Shown here: piece by piece, positions 40,991-50,987 of the stretch
Layout: the number at the start of each line of letters is the position of its first letter
How positions within the stretch are numbered: the stretch's first letter is position 1
Origin: an uncultured Eubacteriales bacterium
GTDB taxonomy: Bacteria > Bacillota > Clostridia > Peptostreptococcales > Anaerovoracaceae
Direction: 5' to 3'
NCBI GenBank assembly: GCA_902790905.1
Contig: CADATO010000007.1
Coordinates: 3,734 to 67,733, forward strand
Length of the DNA stretch: 64,000 nt
The notes under the pieces: generated by a model
What the model was told of the DNA's origin: nothing
The model's input: the letters and a program-made list of their open reading frames with translations, nothing else
The model's database searches: none
Program-made: the position numbers and the translations under genes

Positions 40991-42216
40991 AGATCACGAT
41001 CGTGGGTCTTGGCGGCGGCACACCGGAGACACTGACCATACAGGCGCGCGAGGCACTGCTTGGCGTCGGCTGTATCATCGGTGCGAAGCGGCTTTTGGAA
41101 TCGCTGCCGGAGGGCTGCACGGACAATACGGCTGCGGCCATCACCGCGGCGGACATCCTGTCGGCTGTACAGGCATACGAAACGCAGGCAGGCGCGGAGC
41201 AAAACCCTGCGGTGGCAGTTGTGATGAGCGGCGATACGGGATTTTATTCCGGCACAAAGAAGCTGCTCCCGCTGCTCAAAGAGAACGGATATGATACGGA
41301 GGTCCTCCCCGGGCTGTCGAGTGTGCAGATGCTGGCGGCACGTCTCGGGCGGACCTGGCAGGACTGGGAACTGGTCTCGGCGCACGGGCTCGATGTGAAA
41401 CTGCCCGGGGCGGCGATGAGCGGCCGGCCGACCTTCTTCCTGACAGACAGCACGTTTACCCCGGCGGTGATCGCGCAGCAGCTCACTGCGGCAGGACTCG
41501 GGGATCTGGGCTTTGCGGTCGGGGAAGAATTGTCCTATCCCGATGAGATAATCACGGTCACGACGGCGGCGGAAGCGGCCGGAATGACCTTTGCACCGCT
41601 GTCGGTCGCGCTGACCGACGCGATCGAAAAGAGCCCGTACAGAGCGGGTGGTCTGCCGGATGACCTGTTCATCCGCGGCGAAGTGCCGATGACCAAGCGC
41701 GACATCCGCGCGGCGGTCCTTTCACGGCTCGCCGTGAAAGAGGACGATGTCCTGTGGGACATCGGCGCCGGGACCGGCAGCTGCTCTGTGGAAATGGCCC
41801 TGGCGGCGCCGCGCGGCGCGGTCTATGCGGTGGAATGCGTGGACGAGGCCTGCAGGCTGATCATGCAGAACAGAGAGCGATTCCATGTGTGGAACCTCGC
41901 CCTCACACAGGCCAAGGCACCCGACGGACTCGCGGACCTGCCTGCCCCGGATGCGGTCTTTATCGGCGGCACAAGGGGGCAGCTGGATGGCATCCTGGAC
42001 GTTGCCATCGCGAAGAACCCGGCTGTGCGCATCGTGACAACAGCCATTGCGCTCGAGTCGCTGCAGCGTGCACAGGAAGCGCTGAGCGCGCGCGGGTATG
42101 AACTGGATATTACCCAGATCCAGGTGAGCCATGCGAAGAAAGCGGGCAGCCTGCATCTGATGATGGCCGAGAACCCGATCTATCTGATCGCGGCGCAGCG
42201 GCCGGTTGAAGAATAA
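40987..42216 (+). CDS. cbiET: Fused cobalt-precorrin-7 C5-methyltransferase / cobalt-precorrin-6B C15-methyltransferase (decarboxylating)
   Basis: 409 aa. The N-terminal half is a tetrapyrrole methylase. The C-terminal half is a SAM-MTase (VLWDIGAGTGSCSVE). Confidence 0.85.
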   Translation: MKITIVGLGGGTPETLTIQAREALLGVGCIIGAKRLLESLPEGCTDNTAAAITAADILSAVQAYETQAGAEQNPAVAVVMSGDTGFYSGTKKLLPLLKENGYDTEVLPGLSSVQMLAARLGRTWQDWELVSAHGLDVKLPGAAMSGRPTFFLTDSTFTPAVIAQQLTAAGLGDLGFAVGEELSYPDEIITVTTAAEAAGMTFAPLSVALTDAIEKSPYRAGGLPDDLFIRGEVPMTKRDIRAAVLSRLAVKEDDVLWDIGAGTGSCSVEMALAAPRGAVYAVECVDEACRLIMQNRERFHVWNLALTQAKAPDGLADLPAPDAVFIGGTRGQLDGILDVAIAKNPAVRIVTTAIALESLQRAQEALSARGYELDITQIQVSHAKKAGSLHLMMAENPIYLIAAQRPVEE

Positions 42217-42228
42217 GACGGAGAATCT

Positions 42229-43662
42229 ATGCTGGAACTGCTGGTCGCAGCCGCTTCCTCTGGGAGCGGCAAAACAATGGTCACGTGCGGACTTCTGGCC
42301 CTCATGCAGAGAGAGGGTCTGCTTCCGTGCGCCTTTAAATGCGGCCCGGACTATATCGATCCGATGTTCCACCGCTCGGTGCTGGACATCGAAAGCCACA
42401 ACCTGGACCTGTTCCTCTCGGATGAGGACTATGTCCGGGAGAGCTACCGTGCGCACGCGCAGGGGCATCACGCGGTGATCGTGGAAGGCGTCATGGGGTA
42501 TTACGACGGCGTCGGCGGAAAGACCACGCAGGCATCCGCCTGGCACCTTGCGGATACGCTGGATCTGCCGGTGCTGCTGGTGGTGCGCCCGAAGGGAATG
42601 GGCCTGACCGCGGCGGCGCAGGTCAAAGGCATGACGGCGTTCCGCACCCCGCATCACATCCGCGGCGTGCTGCTCAACGAGTGCTCGCCGATGCTTCTTG
42701 CGACGATGCGGGAAGTCATTGAAAAAGAAACCGGCATCCCGGTGGTCGGCTGCCTGCCGCCCCTTAAGGATGCGGCGGTCGAGAGCCGCCATCTCGGGCT
42801 GTATACGGCCGGCGAAGTGGAGGATCTGCGTGCCCGGATCGACCGGATCGCGGATGCGCTGGCGGAGAACATCGATATGGATCTGTTCCGGTCGCTGTTC
42901 ACGCGGGAAACGCCCGGGGACGGCGCGGCTGCAGGAGGCGAATCCGTTTGCGGGGATGCGCCTGTATGCCAGGCAGCAGAGCAGGGCGCGGACAAACCGA
43001 AGATCGCGGTGGCCGATGACGAAGCCTTCTGCTTCATGTACCGGGAGTCCCTCGAAGCCTTCGAAAAGGCGGGCGCAGAACTGGTGCACTTCAGTCCGGT
43101 CGCGGATGCAGCGCTGCCCGAAGGGGTGAGCGGCCTGTATCTGCCCGGCGGCTATCCGGAACTGCACGGCAGGGCGCTGGCTGCCAACGAGACGATGAAA
43201 GCCTCGATCCTGGCGGCGGCGAAGAATGGCATGCCCATCGTGGCGGAATGCGGCGGCTTCATGTACCTGCAGGAATCGTTGCAGGATATGGACGGTGCGG
43301 ACTGTGCGATGACGGGTCTGCTTAGAGGAAACAGCGAAAAGAAAGACCGCCTGGTGCGGTTTGGATACGCGCAGATGACAGCGGAAAAAGACAGCCTGCT
43401 GCTGCGTAAGGGGGAGACTTTCCCCATTCATGAGTTCCACTACTGGGATACGACTAACAACGGCACGGACTGCAGCGCGGTCAAGCCGGTATCGGGGCGC
43501 AGCTGGCAGTGTGCGATCACCGGGCCGGCACTGTTTGCGGGGTTCCCGCATCTGTACTTTGCGGCCCATCCGGTCCTGGCAGAGCGGTTTGTCGCAGCAG
43601 CGGCAGCCTTTGGATGCGGGACGGCACAGGCTTCCGAAACACCGGAAGGAGGCCGTGCATGA
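42229..43662 (+). CDS. cbiA: Cobyrinate a,c-diamide synthase
   Basis: 477 aa. P-loop AAASSGSGKT plus a C-terminal GATase-like domain (AECGGFMYL). Confidence 0.88.
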   Translation: MLELLVAAASSGSGKTMVTCGLLALMQREGLLPCAFKCGPDYIDPMFHRSVLDIESHNLDLFLSDEDYVRESYRAHAQGHHAVIVEGVMGYYDGVGGKTTQASAWHLADTLDLPVLLVVRPKGMGLTAAAQVKGMTAFRTPHHIRGVLLNECSPMLLATMREVIEKETGIPVVGCLPPLKDAAVESRHLGLYTAGEVEDLRARIDRIADALAENIDMDLFRSLFTRETPGDGAAAGGESVCGDAPVCQAAEQGADKPKIAVADDEAFCFMYRESLEAFEKAGAELVHFSPVADAALPEGVSGLYLPGGYPELHGRALAANETMKASILAAAKNGMPIVAECGGFMYLQESLQDMDGADCAMTGLLRGNSEKKDRLVRFGYAQMTAEKDSLLLRKGETFPIHEFHYWDTTNNGTDCSAVKPVSGRSWQCAITGPALFAGFPHLYFAAHPVLAERFVAAAAAFGCGTAQASETPEGGRA

Positions 43663-44630
43663 TCATAGCTTTTGCGATGGTCTGCGGTCTGCTGCTGGAC
43701 TTCCTGCTGGGAGATCCGGCCTGGCTGACCCATCCGGTCGTGCTGATCGGAAAGTTCATCGACAAACTGGAAAAAGCGCTCAGGAAGCGATTCCCCGCCA
43801 CGGATAAAGGCGAACGCAAGGCGGGCACGATCGAGGTCATCCTGGTCCTGCTGGCAGTCGCGGTCATCACCGGCGGCGTCTGCTGGGCGGCGTGGAAGAT
43901 CCATCCGGCGCTCGGCATGGCGGTCCAGATCATCTGGTGCTGGCAGGCTGTGGCGGTGAAGGATCTGCGGGTCGAGAGCATGCGCGTCTACCATGCGCTG
44001 ACGCCTGAGACGGATCTGCCGAAAGCACGCGAGCGGGTCGGCTGGATCGTTGGGCGCGACACGGATGTGCTGGACGCGGAAGGCGTCACGAAGGCGGCCG
44101 TGGAGACGATCGCGGAGAACTTCTCCGACGGTGTGGCGGCACCGCTCTTCTATATGGCGATCGGCGGCGCACCGCTTGCGATGGTGTACAAAGCGGTCAA
44201 CACGATGGACAGCATGCTGGGATATAAGAATGAAAAATATCTCTGGTTTGGCCGGACGGCGGCGAAGCTGGATGATGCGGCAGGGTATCTGCCGGCGCGG
44301 CTTGCGGCGATGTTCTTCATCGCGGGGAGCTGGCTGAGCGGTTTCTCGGCGAAAGGTGCATGGCGCATCTGGAAACGCGACCGCCGCAACCATGCCAGTC
44401 CCAACGCGGCGCAGACCGAGTCGGCCTGTGCGGGGGCGCTTGGCATCCGGCTGGCGGGGCCTGCGACTTACTTTGGAGAAGTTTACGAAAAGCCGTACAT
44501 CGGCGATCCGGACCGGCCTGTTGAGGCGGAGGACATCCCGCGGACCAACCGGATCATGTATGCGGCCAGCATTCTGGCGCTGCTGGTATTTGCAGGCGTG
44601 AGACTGGGCATTGCGGCATTGCTTATTTAA
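43659..44630 (+). CDS. cbiB: Adenosylcobinamide-phosphate synthase (membrane protein)
   Basis: Starts MIIAFAMVCGLLLDFLLGDPAWLTHPVVLIGK (the GDP..HPV signature). ATGA overlap with cbiA. The ORF-track start at 43509 is an overlap artefact. Confidence 0.88.
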   Translation: MIIAFAMVCGLLLDFLLGDPAWLTHPVVLIGKFIDKLEKALRKRFPATDKGERKAGTIEVILVLLAVAVITGGVCWAAWKIHPALGMAVQIIWCWQAVAVKDLRVESMRVYHALTPETDLPKARERVGWIVGRDTDVLDAEGVTKAAVETIAENFSDGVAAPLFYMAIGGAPLAMVYKAVNTMDSMLGYKNEKYLWFGRTAAKLDDAAGYLPARLAAMFFIAGSWLSGFSAKGAWRIWKRDRRNHASPNAAQTESACAGALGIRLAGPATYFGEVYEKPYIGDPDRPVEAEDIPRTNRIMYAASILALLVFAGVRLGIAALLI

Positions 44631-44639
44631 GGACAGAGC

Positions 44640-45710
44640 ATGAAAACAACGATAGACATCAAACGACAGCATGGCGGCGACCTCGATACGTTCCGCGAAC
44701 GGTACGGCAGAGCGCCGCTGGACTATAGCTCCAACGTCAGCCCGCTCGGGGTGCCGGAGGAGATCAAACAGGCGATCGCAGAGGCGGCGGCGGAAGTGGA
44801 CCGGTATCCGGACCCGCTTTGCCGTACGCTGACGGAAAAGATCGCGCAGGAAGAAGGCGTCCCTGCAGAGTGGGTGCTCTGCGGTGCCGGTGCGGCCGAT
44901 GTGATTTTCCGCGCGGTCGCAGCCATCAACCCGGCGAATACGCTGCTGCCGGTGCCTTCTTTCTCAGAGTATGAACACGCGCTGGAGCAGGTGCCGGGGC
45001 GGGTGGATTATTTCCCGTCCATGGAATGGAACGGCTTCCGGCTCGTCCAGACGTTCCTCGACAGGATCGATGACAGCGTCGACCTGGTGATGCTCTGCGA
45101 GCCGAACAATCCGACCGGCGTGCTGGACCACAAACAGTATCTGAACAGGGTGTTTGAGGCATGCGAACAGCACGATGCCTGGCTGATCGTCGATGAAAGT
45201 TTCCTCGATATGACGGAGGATGCAGAGGAGATGACGATGACGCCGCAGCTGGGAGAAGACCGCAAGCTGCTGATCATCCGCTCCTTCACGAAGATGTATG
45301 CGATGGCGGGTGTGCGGCTCGGGTACTGCCTGTGCGGCTCCGCAAAACTGCTTGCCGGCATGCGGGAGCAGGGACCGCCGTGGGGCGTTTCCCATATCGC
45401 ACAGAAGGCAGGCCTTGCGGCGTTTGAGGCAGGTGCGTACAAGGAACGCGTCCTGGAGATGGTCCGGGCAGAAAAACCGTATCTGTATGAAGGGCTTCGC
45501 AGTCTTGGGCTGTATGTGCTGCCCGGCGCAGCAAATTACCTGTTTTTCAAGGGCCCTTTGAAACTGCCGGAACTTTTGTCGGAGAAGGGGATCCTGATCC
45601 GCGACTGCAGCAACTACCGCGGCCTCGGCGGCGGCTGGTACCGGATCGCAGTCAGAACACACGAAGAGAATGAACAGCTGCTCGCGGCGATGCGGGAGGT
45701 ATGTCAGTGA
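44640..45710 (+). CDS. cobD: L-threonine-O-3-phosphate decarboxylase (class I/II aminotransferase fold)
   Basis: 356 aa. N-terminal HGGD motif, SFTKMYAMAGVRLGY PLP-lysine region. Position between cbiB and cbiP. Confidence 0.85.
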   Translation: MKTTIDIKRQHGGDLDTFRERYGRAPLDYSSNVSPLGVPEEIKQAIAEAAAEVDRYPDPLCRTLTEKIAQEEGVPAEWVLCGAGAADVIFRAVAAINPANTLLPVPSFSEYEHALEQVPGRVDYFPSMEWNGFRLVQTFLDRIDDSVDLVMLCEPNNPTGVLDHKQYLNRVFEACEQHDAWLIVDESFLDMTEDAEEMTMTPQLGEDRKLLIIRSFTKMYAMAGVRLGYCLCGSAKLLAGMREQGPPWGVSHIAQKAGLAAFEAGAYKERVLEMVRAEKPYLYEGLRSLGLYVLPGAANYLFFKGPLKLPELLSEKGILIRDCSNYRGLGGGWYRIAVRTHEENEQLLAAMREVCQ

Positions 45711-47260
45711 AGAAAACACGCAACATCATGGTGCAGGGGACCATGTCCAATGCCGGCAAGAGCGTACTGTGCGCAGCGCTTTGCCGCATCTTCAAACAGG
45801 ACGGGTACAAGGTGGCACCGTTCAAAAGCCAGAACATGGCGCTCAACAGCTATATCACAAAGGACGGGCTCGAACTCAGCCGCGCGCAGGTCATGCAGGC
45901 CGAGGCGGCGGGCATTGAGCCGGACATCCGCATGAACCCGATCCTGCTCAAGCCGTCCAGCGACACCGGCAGCCAGGTCATCATCCACGGCGAGGTGCGC
46001 GGGCAGATGGCAGCGGCGGATTACTATGAATTCAAGAAAGGCCTGATGCCGGCGGTGCGCGAGTCGTACGATGCGCTGGCGGAAGACTACGATATCATCG
46101 TCATCGAAGGCGCCGGAAGCCCCGCGGAGATCAACCTGCGGGAGAACGACCTCGTCAACATGGGCCTTGCAGAGGAACTCGACGCACCGGTCCTGCTGGC
46201 CGGCGACATCGACCGCGGCGGTGTATTCGCCCAGCTCTACGGCACGGCGGCGCTCCTGACCGAGTCCGAACGCGCAAGACTCGAAGGCTTTGTCATCAAC
46301 AAGTTCCGCGGCGACGTGGACATCCTGCGCCCGGGCCTGAAGCAGCTGGAAGACCTGTCCGGCATTCCGGTCCTCGGCGTTGTCCCGTACATGACGCTCG
46401 ACATCGACGATGAGGACTCGCTGTCCCCGCGTCTTGAGCGCAAAGAAGCGGACGTCAAGCCGCTGGAGGTGGCGGTCATCCGTCTGCCGAGACTGTCGAA
46501 TTTTACCGATCTGACCCCTCTGGAATCGCACCCGCTGATCGGTGTGCGCTATGTGGACACCGCGGGCGATCTGAAAGACCCGGACCTGATCATTCTGCCC
46601 GGCACGAAGAGCACGATCGCGGACCTCATCTGGATGCGCGAGAGCGGTCTTGAAGCGGCGATCCTCAAGCGCCATGCATCCGGCACACCTGTGCTCGGCA
46701 TCTGCGGCGGCTACCAGATGATGGGCGGCGAACTGCGCGACCCGGAAGGGACAGAGGGCATCATTCCCGAAGCGCGCGGCATGGGCATCCTGCCGACCTC
46801 GACCGTTTTCACGTCGGCCAAGACGAGAACGCGCGTGCATGCAAAGACGGAAGCGCTCCCGTTCTCCGGCTGTGAGATCGACGGCTATGAGATCCACATG
46901 GGGAAGACCACAGTGAACGGCAGTCCGTTCTGCCGGATCACCGAACGCGCCGGCACGGAGGCTGCAGATGGCAGCACCGGCAAGGAAGCGCCGGCTGGGA
47001 TCGTCCCGCATCTCGATATGGACGGCTGCGGCACGGACCACGCCTGGGGCACCTATCTGCACGGGCTCTTTGACAGCGGCGAAGTGACGGAGCGGCTGGC
47101 CGCTTACCTGTGCGAGCGGAAGGGCATTCCTTACGAAAGCGCCGCACCGGTGTCACGGCTCGAGTATGTGCAGCACCAGTACGACATTCTGGCGGACGGC
47201 GTGCGGGCTGCGCTGCCGATGGATAAGATCTACGCAATCATGGACAAATACATGCGCTGA
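45701..47260 (+). CDS. cbiP: Cobyric acid synthase
   Basis: 519 aa. IMVQGTMSNAGKS P-loop and a C-terminal GATase (GICGGYQMMG). Confidence 0.9.
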   Translation: MSVKKTRNIMVQGTMSNAGKSVLCAALCRIFKQDGYKVAPFKSQNMALNSYITKDGLELSRAQVMQAEAAGIEPDIRMNPILLKPSSDTGSQVIIHGEVRGQMAAADYYEFKKGLMPAVRESYDALAEDYDIIVIEGAGSPAEINLRENDLVNMGLAEELDAPVLLAGDIDRGGVFAQLYGTAALLTESERARLEGFVINKFRGDVDILRPGLKQLEDLSGIPVLGVVPYMTLDIDDEDSLSPRLERKEADVKPLEVAVIRLPRLSNFTDLTPLESHPLIGVRYVDTAGDLKDPDLIILPGTKSTIADLIWMRESGLEAAILKRHASGTPVLGICGGYQMMGGELRDPEGTEGIIPEARGMGILPTSTVFTSAKTRTRVHAKTEALPFSGCEIDGYEIHMGKTTVNGSPFCRITERAGTEAADGSTGKEAPAGIVPHLDMDGCGTDHAWGTYLHGLFDSGEVTERLAAYLCERKGIPYESAAPVSRLEYVQHQYDILADGVRAALPMDKIYAIMDKYMR

Positions 47261-47307
47261 GGAATTGGCAAAAGGAGCATCTCTGCGCTTGCAAAGGAGT
47301 AATAGAT

Positions 47308-48018
47308 ATGGCATACGAATACGAACATGTAAAGCCCGCTGATATCGAAGCGACCAGCATGAAGATCATCGGCGAGGAACTCGCGGAGAAAGGCATCGTT
47401 CTCTCTGAAGAGGAATCGCCCGTCATCAAGCGCGTCATCCACACCACGGCGGACTTCGACTATGCGGAGAACCTGTATATCAGTGAGGGCGCGGTGGCGG
47501 CGGCCAGAGAAGCGCTGCTGCAGGGTGCACGCATCGTGACGGACACCAACATGGCGCTGTCCGGCGTCAGCAAACCTGCGCTCGGCAAGGTGGGCGGCTC
47601 GGCGGTCTGCTACATGGCGGATCCGGACGTGGCTGCGGCGGCAAAAGAGAACGGCACGACCCGCGCGGTTGCCTCCATGGAGCACGCGGTCACCGAGATG
47701 ATCGGGATGCTGCCGGCGGGGAAGGTGGTGCATCTGCCGCTGGTATTCGCAGTCGGGAACGCGCCGACGGCGCTGATCAAGCTGTCCGAGATGATGCGCG
47801 CAGGGCTGCGGCCGGCACTCATCATCGGCGTCCCGGTCGGCTTTGTCAACGTGGTGGAAAGCAAAGAGGAAGTGATCGAAGTCTGCAAAGAGTTCGATGT
47901 GCCGGCGATCGTGGCGCGCGGCCGCAAGGGCGGCAGCAATGTGGCGGCGGCGATCTGCAATGCGCTGCTGTACGCCGCGACGGATCACCTGGACCCGGCG
48001 AGCCGGAAGTGGCTGTAG
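47308..48018 (+). CDS. cbiC: Cobalt-precorrin-8 methylmutase
   Basis: 236 aa. CbiC/CobH-like (IKRVIHTTADFDY, FAVGNAPTAL). Confidence 0.88.
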   Translation: MAYEYEHVKPADIEATSMKIIGEELAEKGIVLSEEESPVIKRVIHTTADFDYAENLYISEGAVAAAREALLQGARIVTDTNMALSGVSKPALGKVGGSAVCYMADPDVAAAAKENGTTRAVASMEHAVTEMIGMLPAGKVVHLPLVFAVGNAPTALIKLSEMMRAGLRPALIIGVPVGFVNVVESKEEVIEVCKEFDVPAIVARGRKGGSNVAAAICNALLYAATDHLDPASRKWL

Positions 48019-48052
48019 AGCGATTCCGCAAAGAAAAACAAGTTGTTCTGCC

Positions 48053-48085
48053 AGAGGAGACTGCATGCAGGCTCCTCTTTTCTTG
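48053..48085 (+). terminator. Intrinsic terminator ending the cbi operon
   Basis: agaggag (48053-48059) pairs with ctcctct (48072-48078), with an inner ctgc/gcag stem. TTTTCTT follows. Confidence 0.7.
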
Positions 48086-48221
48086 CCGTTTTTGAGCAGG
48101 GAATTCTGAGGAAGCGTAAATTATTTTGAATGAGTTGGAATATTCTATTTATTACATCGGGAATTGTGATAAAATGGTTCATATATTTAACAGAATCCAA
48201 ATGTGAAAGGAGAAGAGAAGA

Positions 48222-49244
48222 ATGGCAAAGAACCTTGATTGGGACAACCTGGGATTTGCATATCGTGAGATCGACTACCGCGTTGTCGCGAGATATACAG
48301 AAGGAGCATGGAGCGATCTGCAGATCATCACCGATCCGTCGGTCCATATGTCGGAATGCGCTGCTGTCCTGCAGTACTCCCAGACTGTATTTGAAGGTCT
48401 GAAGGCATACAGAACAGAAGACGGCCGCCTGGTCACCTTCCGTCCCGATATGAACGCACAGAGACTGATGGACAGCGCCGACAGACTGGTCATGCCGAAG
48501 GTCCCCGAAGAGATGTTCGTCAAAGCAGTGGATATGCTGGTCAAAGCGAACGCTGACTGGGTACCGCCCTACGGCACCGGCGGCACACTGTACATCCGTC
48601 CGTTTATCTTCGGCAATGGCCCGACGATCTCGATCCATCCGGCGCCGGAATTCGAATTCCGCGTGATTGGTATGCCGGTCGGCCCGTACTTCAAGAACGG
48701 CATGAAGCCGATCGTCATCAAGGTTTCCGACCGCGACAGAGCGGCGGCGCATGGCACCGGCGACATCAAGGCCGGCCTGAACTACGCAATGAGCCTGTAT
48801 CCGGGTGAACAGGCAGTGGCGGAAGGCTTTGCCGAGAATATGTATCTGGATTCGGCGACCCGTACGTATGTCGAAGAGACCGGCGGTGCGAACTTCCTGT
48901 TCGTCACGAAGGACGGCACGATCGTCACACCGAAGTCCGACAGCATCCTGCCCTCCATCACCAGACGCAGCCTGATGTACGTCGCTGAGAATATCCTCGG
49001 CATGAAGGTCGAGCATCGTCCTGTGCCGTTTGAAGAGGTCTCCGAGTTCGCGGAAGCAGGCGTCTGCGGCACCGCTGCGGTCATCTGTCCGATCGGAAAG
49101 ATCAACGATCACGGCAAGGAAATCTGCATCCCGTCCGGTATGGATGCAGCCGGCCCCGTCATCCAGAAACTGTACGACACCCTCACCGGTATCCAGATGG
49201 GCACCATCGAAGGTCCGGAAGGCTGGGTCCACGAAGTTAAATAA
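48222..49244 (+). CDS. ilvE: Branched-chain amino acid aminotransferase
   Basis: 340 aa, class IV aminotransferase pattern (VFEGLKAYR.., GTGGTLYIRPF, GDIKAGLNYA). Confidence 0.88.
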   Translation: MAKNLDWDNLGFAYREIDYRVVARYTEGAWSDLQIITDPSVHMSECAAVLQYSQTVFEGLKAYRTEDGRLVTFRPDMNAQRLMDSADRLVMPKVPEEMFVKAVDMLVKANADWVPPYGTGGTLYIRPFIFGNGPTISIHPAPEFEFRVIGMPVGPYFKNGMKPIVIKVSDRDRAAAHGTGDIKAGLNYAMSLYPGEQAVAEGFAENMYLDSATRTYVEETGGANFLFVTKDGTIVTPKSDSILPSITRRSLMYVAENILGMKVEHRPVPFEEVSEFAEAGVCGTAAVICPIGKINDHGKEICIPSGMDAAGPVIQKLYDTLTGIQMGTIEGPEGWVHEVK

Positions 49245-49337
49245 TTGAAATGTTAAACCTTGCGGGGCGGCCTTTTGGCTGCCCCGCATTGCATATGCGC
49301 AGCGATGCGCAGGTAAGAAAAGAAAGGAAGAGAGACA

Positions 49338-50108
49338 ATGGCAAACATGAGACTTTGGGAGATCATCGATGAACTGAAGAGCCCGGCTTACAAATGGGTC
49401 AACCTGATGCATGTGCTGAGCCCCGAGACACCGCACTGGTTCGGTTTTGAGCCGCTGCAGGGAGAGTTGCTCTTCGACTATCTGGAAGGCACACCGGATG
49501 ATAAGATGGCGCCGATGCGCTGCCACCAGTGGAGCGTGGCCAGCCAGTACGGCACCCACACCGATGCGCCGATCCATTTCCATGCGGACGGCCGTGACCT
49601 GTCCGAGATCACCGAAAAAGAACTGATGATGCCGCTTGTCGTCATCGATAAATCCAAAGAATGCGCGGAGAACCCCGATTTCATCCTGACCATTGATGAC
49701 ATCAAGGCGTGGGAAGAAGAGTACGGCAAGATCCCGGAAGGCGCATTCGTCGCATTCCGTTCCGACTGGTACAAGAAGGCGGATCTGGAGAACAAAGACG
49801 AAAACGGACAGCCGCATTACCCCGGCTGGGATGTCGAAGCCATCAAGTGGCTGGTTGAAGAGAGAAACATCGCCAGCATCGGCCACGAACCGGCTGACAC
49901 CGACCCCGCGACCGTGACCACCAAAGAAGATGCGTATCCGTATCCGGGCGAGCAGTACATTCTGGCTGTCGACCGTTATCAGATCGAAGTCATGGCGCAC
50001 CTCGATGAAGTGCCGCCGGTCGGCTCGATGATCCTGGTCGGCTTCCCGAAGCTGAAGGACGGCACCGGCTATCCGACGAGAGTCTACGCGATCTGCCCGG
50101 TAGAATAA
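49338..50108 (+). CDS. Cyclase family protein (kynurenine formamidase-like metal hydrolase)
   Basis: 256 aa with the QYGTHTDAPIHF motif (HxGTHxDxPxH type). Confidence 0.75.
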   Translation: MANMRLWEIIDELKSPAYKWVNLMHVLSPETPHWFGFEPLQGELLFDYLEGTPDDKMAPMRCHQWSVASQYGTHTDAPIHFHADGRDLSEITEKELMMPLVVIDKSKECAENPDFILTIDDIKAWEEEYGKIPEGAFVAFRSDWYKKADLENKDENGQPHYPGWDVEAIKWLVEERNIASIGHEPADTDPATVTTKEDAYPYPGEQYILAVDRYQIEVMAHLDEVPPVGSMILVGFPKLKDGTGYPTRVYAICPVE

Positions 50109-50165
50109 GCGATTCCATGAGAGCGGTTCCCGCCGCGGAATCGCACAGCAGTAAAGGAGAAACAA

Positions 50166-50774
50166 ATGGCATTAGTATTTGACGAACAGCTGTCCCGTCT
50201 GCAGAAACCGGACAGAGCAGAGATGACCGACGAAGAATATGCGGTCTTTGATAAAAACGTGGAAGTCATGATGGAGAACTGGGGGTTCATCAACAACCTG
50301 TTCAAGGTGCTGCCCCTCAACGCCAAAGAGTACATCGGCTTCCTCAACTTCAAGGGGTCGCTCTTCAACGACACCTGCTACCTGACGGATGCGCAGAAGG
50401 AGATGATCGGCATCGTCGTATCGTCGTACAACTGCTGTGCATACTGCCTGCAGTCCCACGGCGACAACCTGCGCGGTATGTGGAAAAACGCATCTCTTGT
50501 TGACCGGCTTTCCGGCAACTTCCGCGCCTGTAAGGACGAACTGTCCAGAGAGGACTATGCGCTCTGCGAGTACGCCTGGTATGTGACGGCTCATCCGCGC
50601 GACATCGATCAGGAACAGGTCGACAAGCTCAGAGATGCTGGCTTTGACGATCATCAGATCCTCGAGGCGGCATTCGTAGCCGGCTTCTTCAACTACACGA
50701 ATCGCTGGGTCAGCACAATCGCACCGGTCATCAACCCCGGTCACTACAAGCATAACCGCGACTTCGACAAGTAG
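50166..50774 (+). CDS. Carboxymuconolactone decarboxylase / AhpD-like peroxidase-related family protein
   Basis: 202 aa with a CxxC-type centre (SSYNCCAYCLQSHG). Confidence 0.7.
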   Translation: MALVFDEQLSRLQKPDRAEMTDEEYAVFDKNVEVMMENWGFINNLFKVLPLNAKEYIGFLNFKGSLFNDTCYLTDAQKEMIGIVVSSYNCCAYCLQSHGDNLRGMWKNASLVDRLSGNFRACKDELSREDYALCEYAWYVTAHPRDIDQEQVDKLRDAGFDDHQILEAAFVAGFFNYTNRWVSTIAPVINPGHYKHNRDFDK

Positions 50775-50856
50775 AGCCTGACGCAGCACGGCGGACCGGC
50801 ATCCGTGGCAGGTCCTCGTCGCAGGCGGGCATCTGCGCTCGCTCAGAAAGAAACGA

Positions 50857-50917
50857 AAACCCCGGACAAACTCGCAGCTTACGCTGCTCAGACAGTGTCC
50901 GGGGTTTGGTTTCTTTT
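50857..50917. terminator. Bidirectional terminator between convergent genes
   Basis: aaaccccggaca (50857-50868) pairs with tgtccggggttt (50896-50907). T-run downstream and A-rich run upstream. Confidence 0.65.
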
Positions 50918-50987
50918 TGCTTCACTTCGCTGGTGCCCGCAGCTGCTCCTGCGGAATAGCCACGGATGCCGGTCCGCCGTGCTTGCG

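Noticed and set aside
48086-48221. Possible T-box or other leader upstream of ilvE, and likewise upstream of proS at 61807-61831.
   Set aside because: Only about 135 nt (and 25 nt for proS) are available. I could find no specifier-loop/T-box 14-mer (AANNNGGTGNTACCGCG-like) and no terminator/antiterminator pair.
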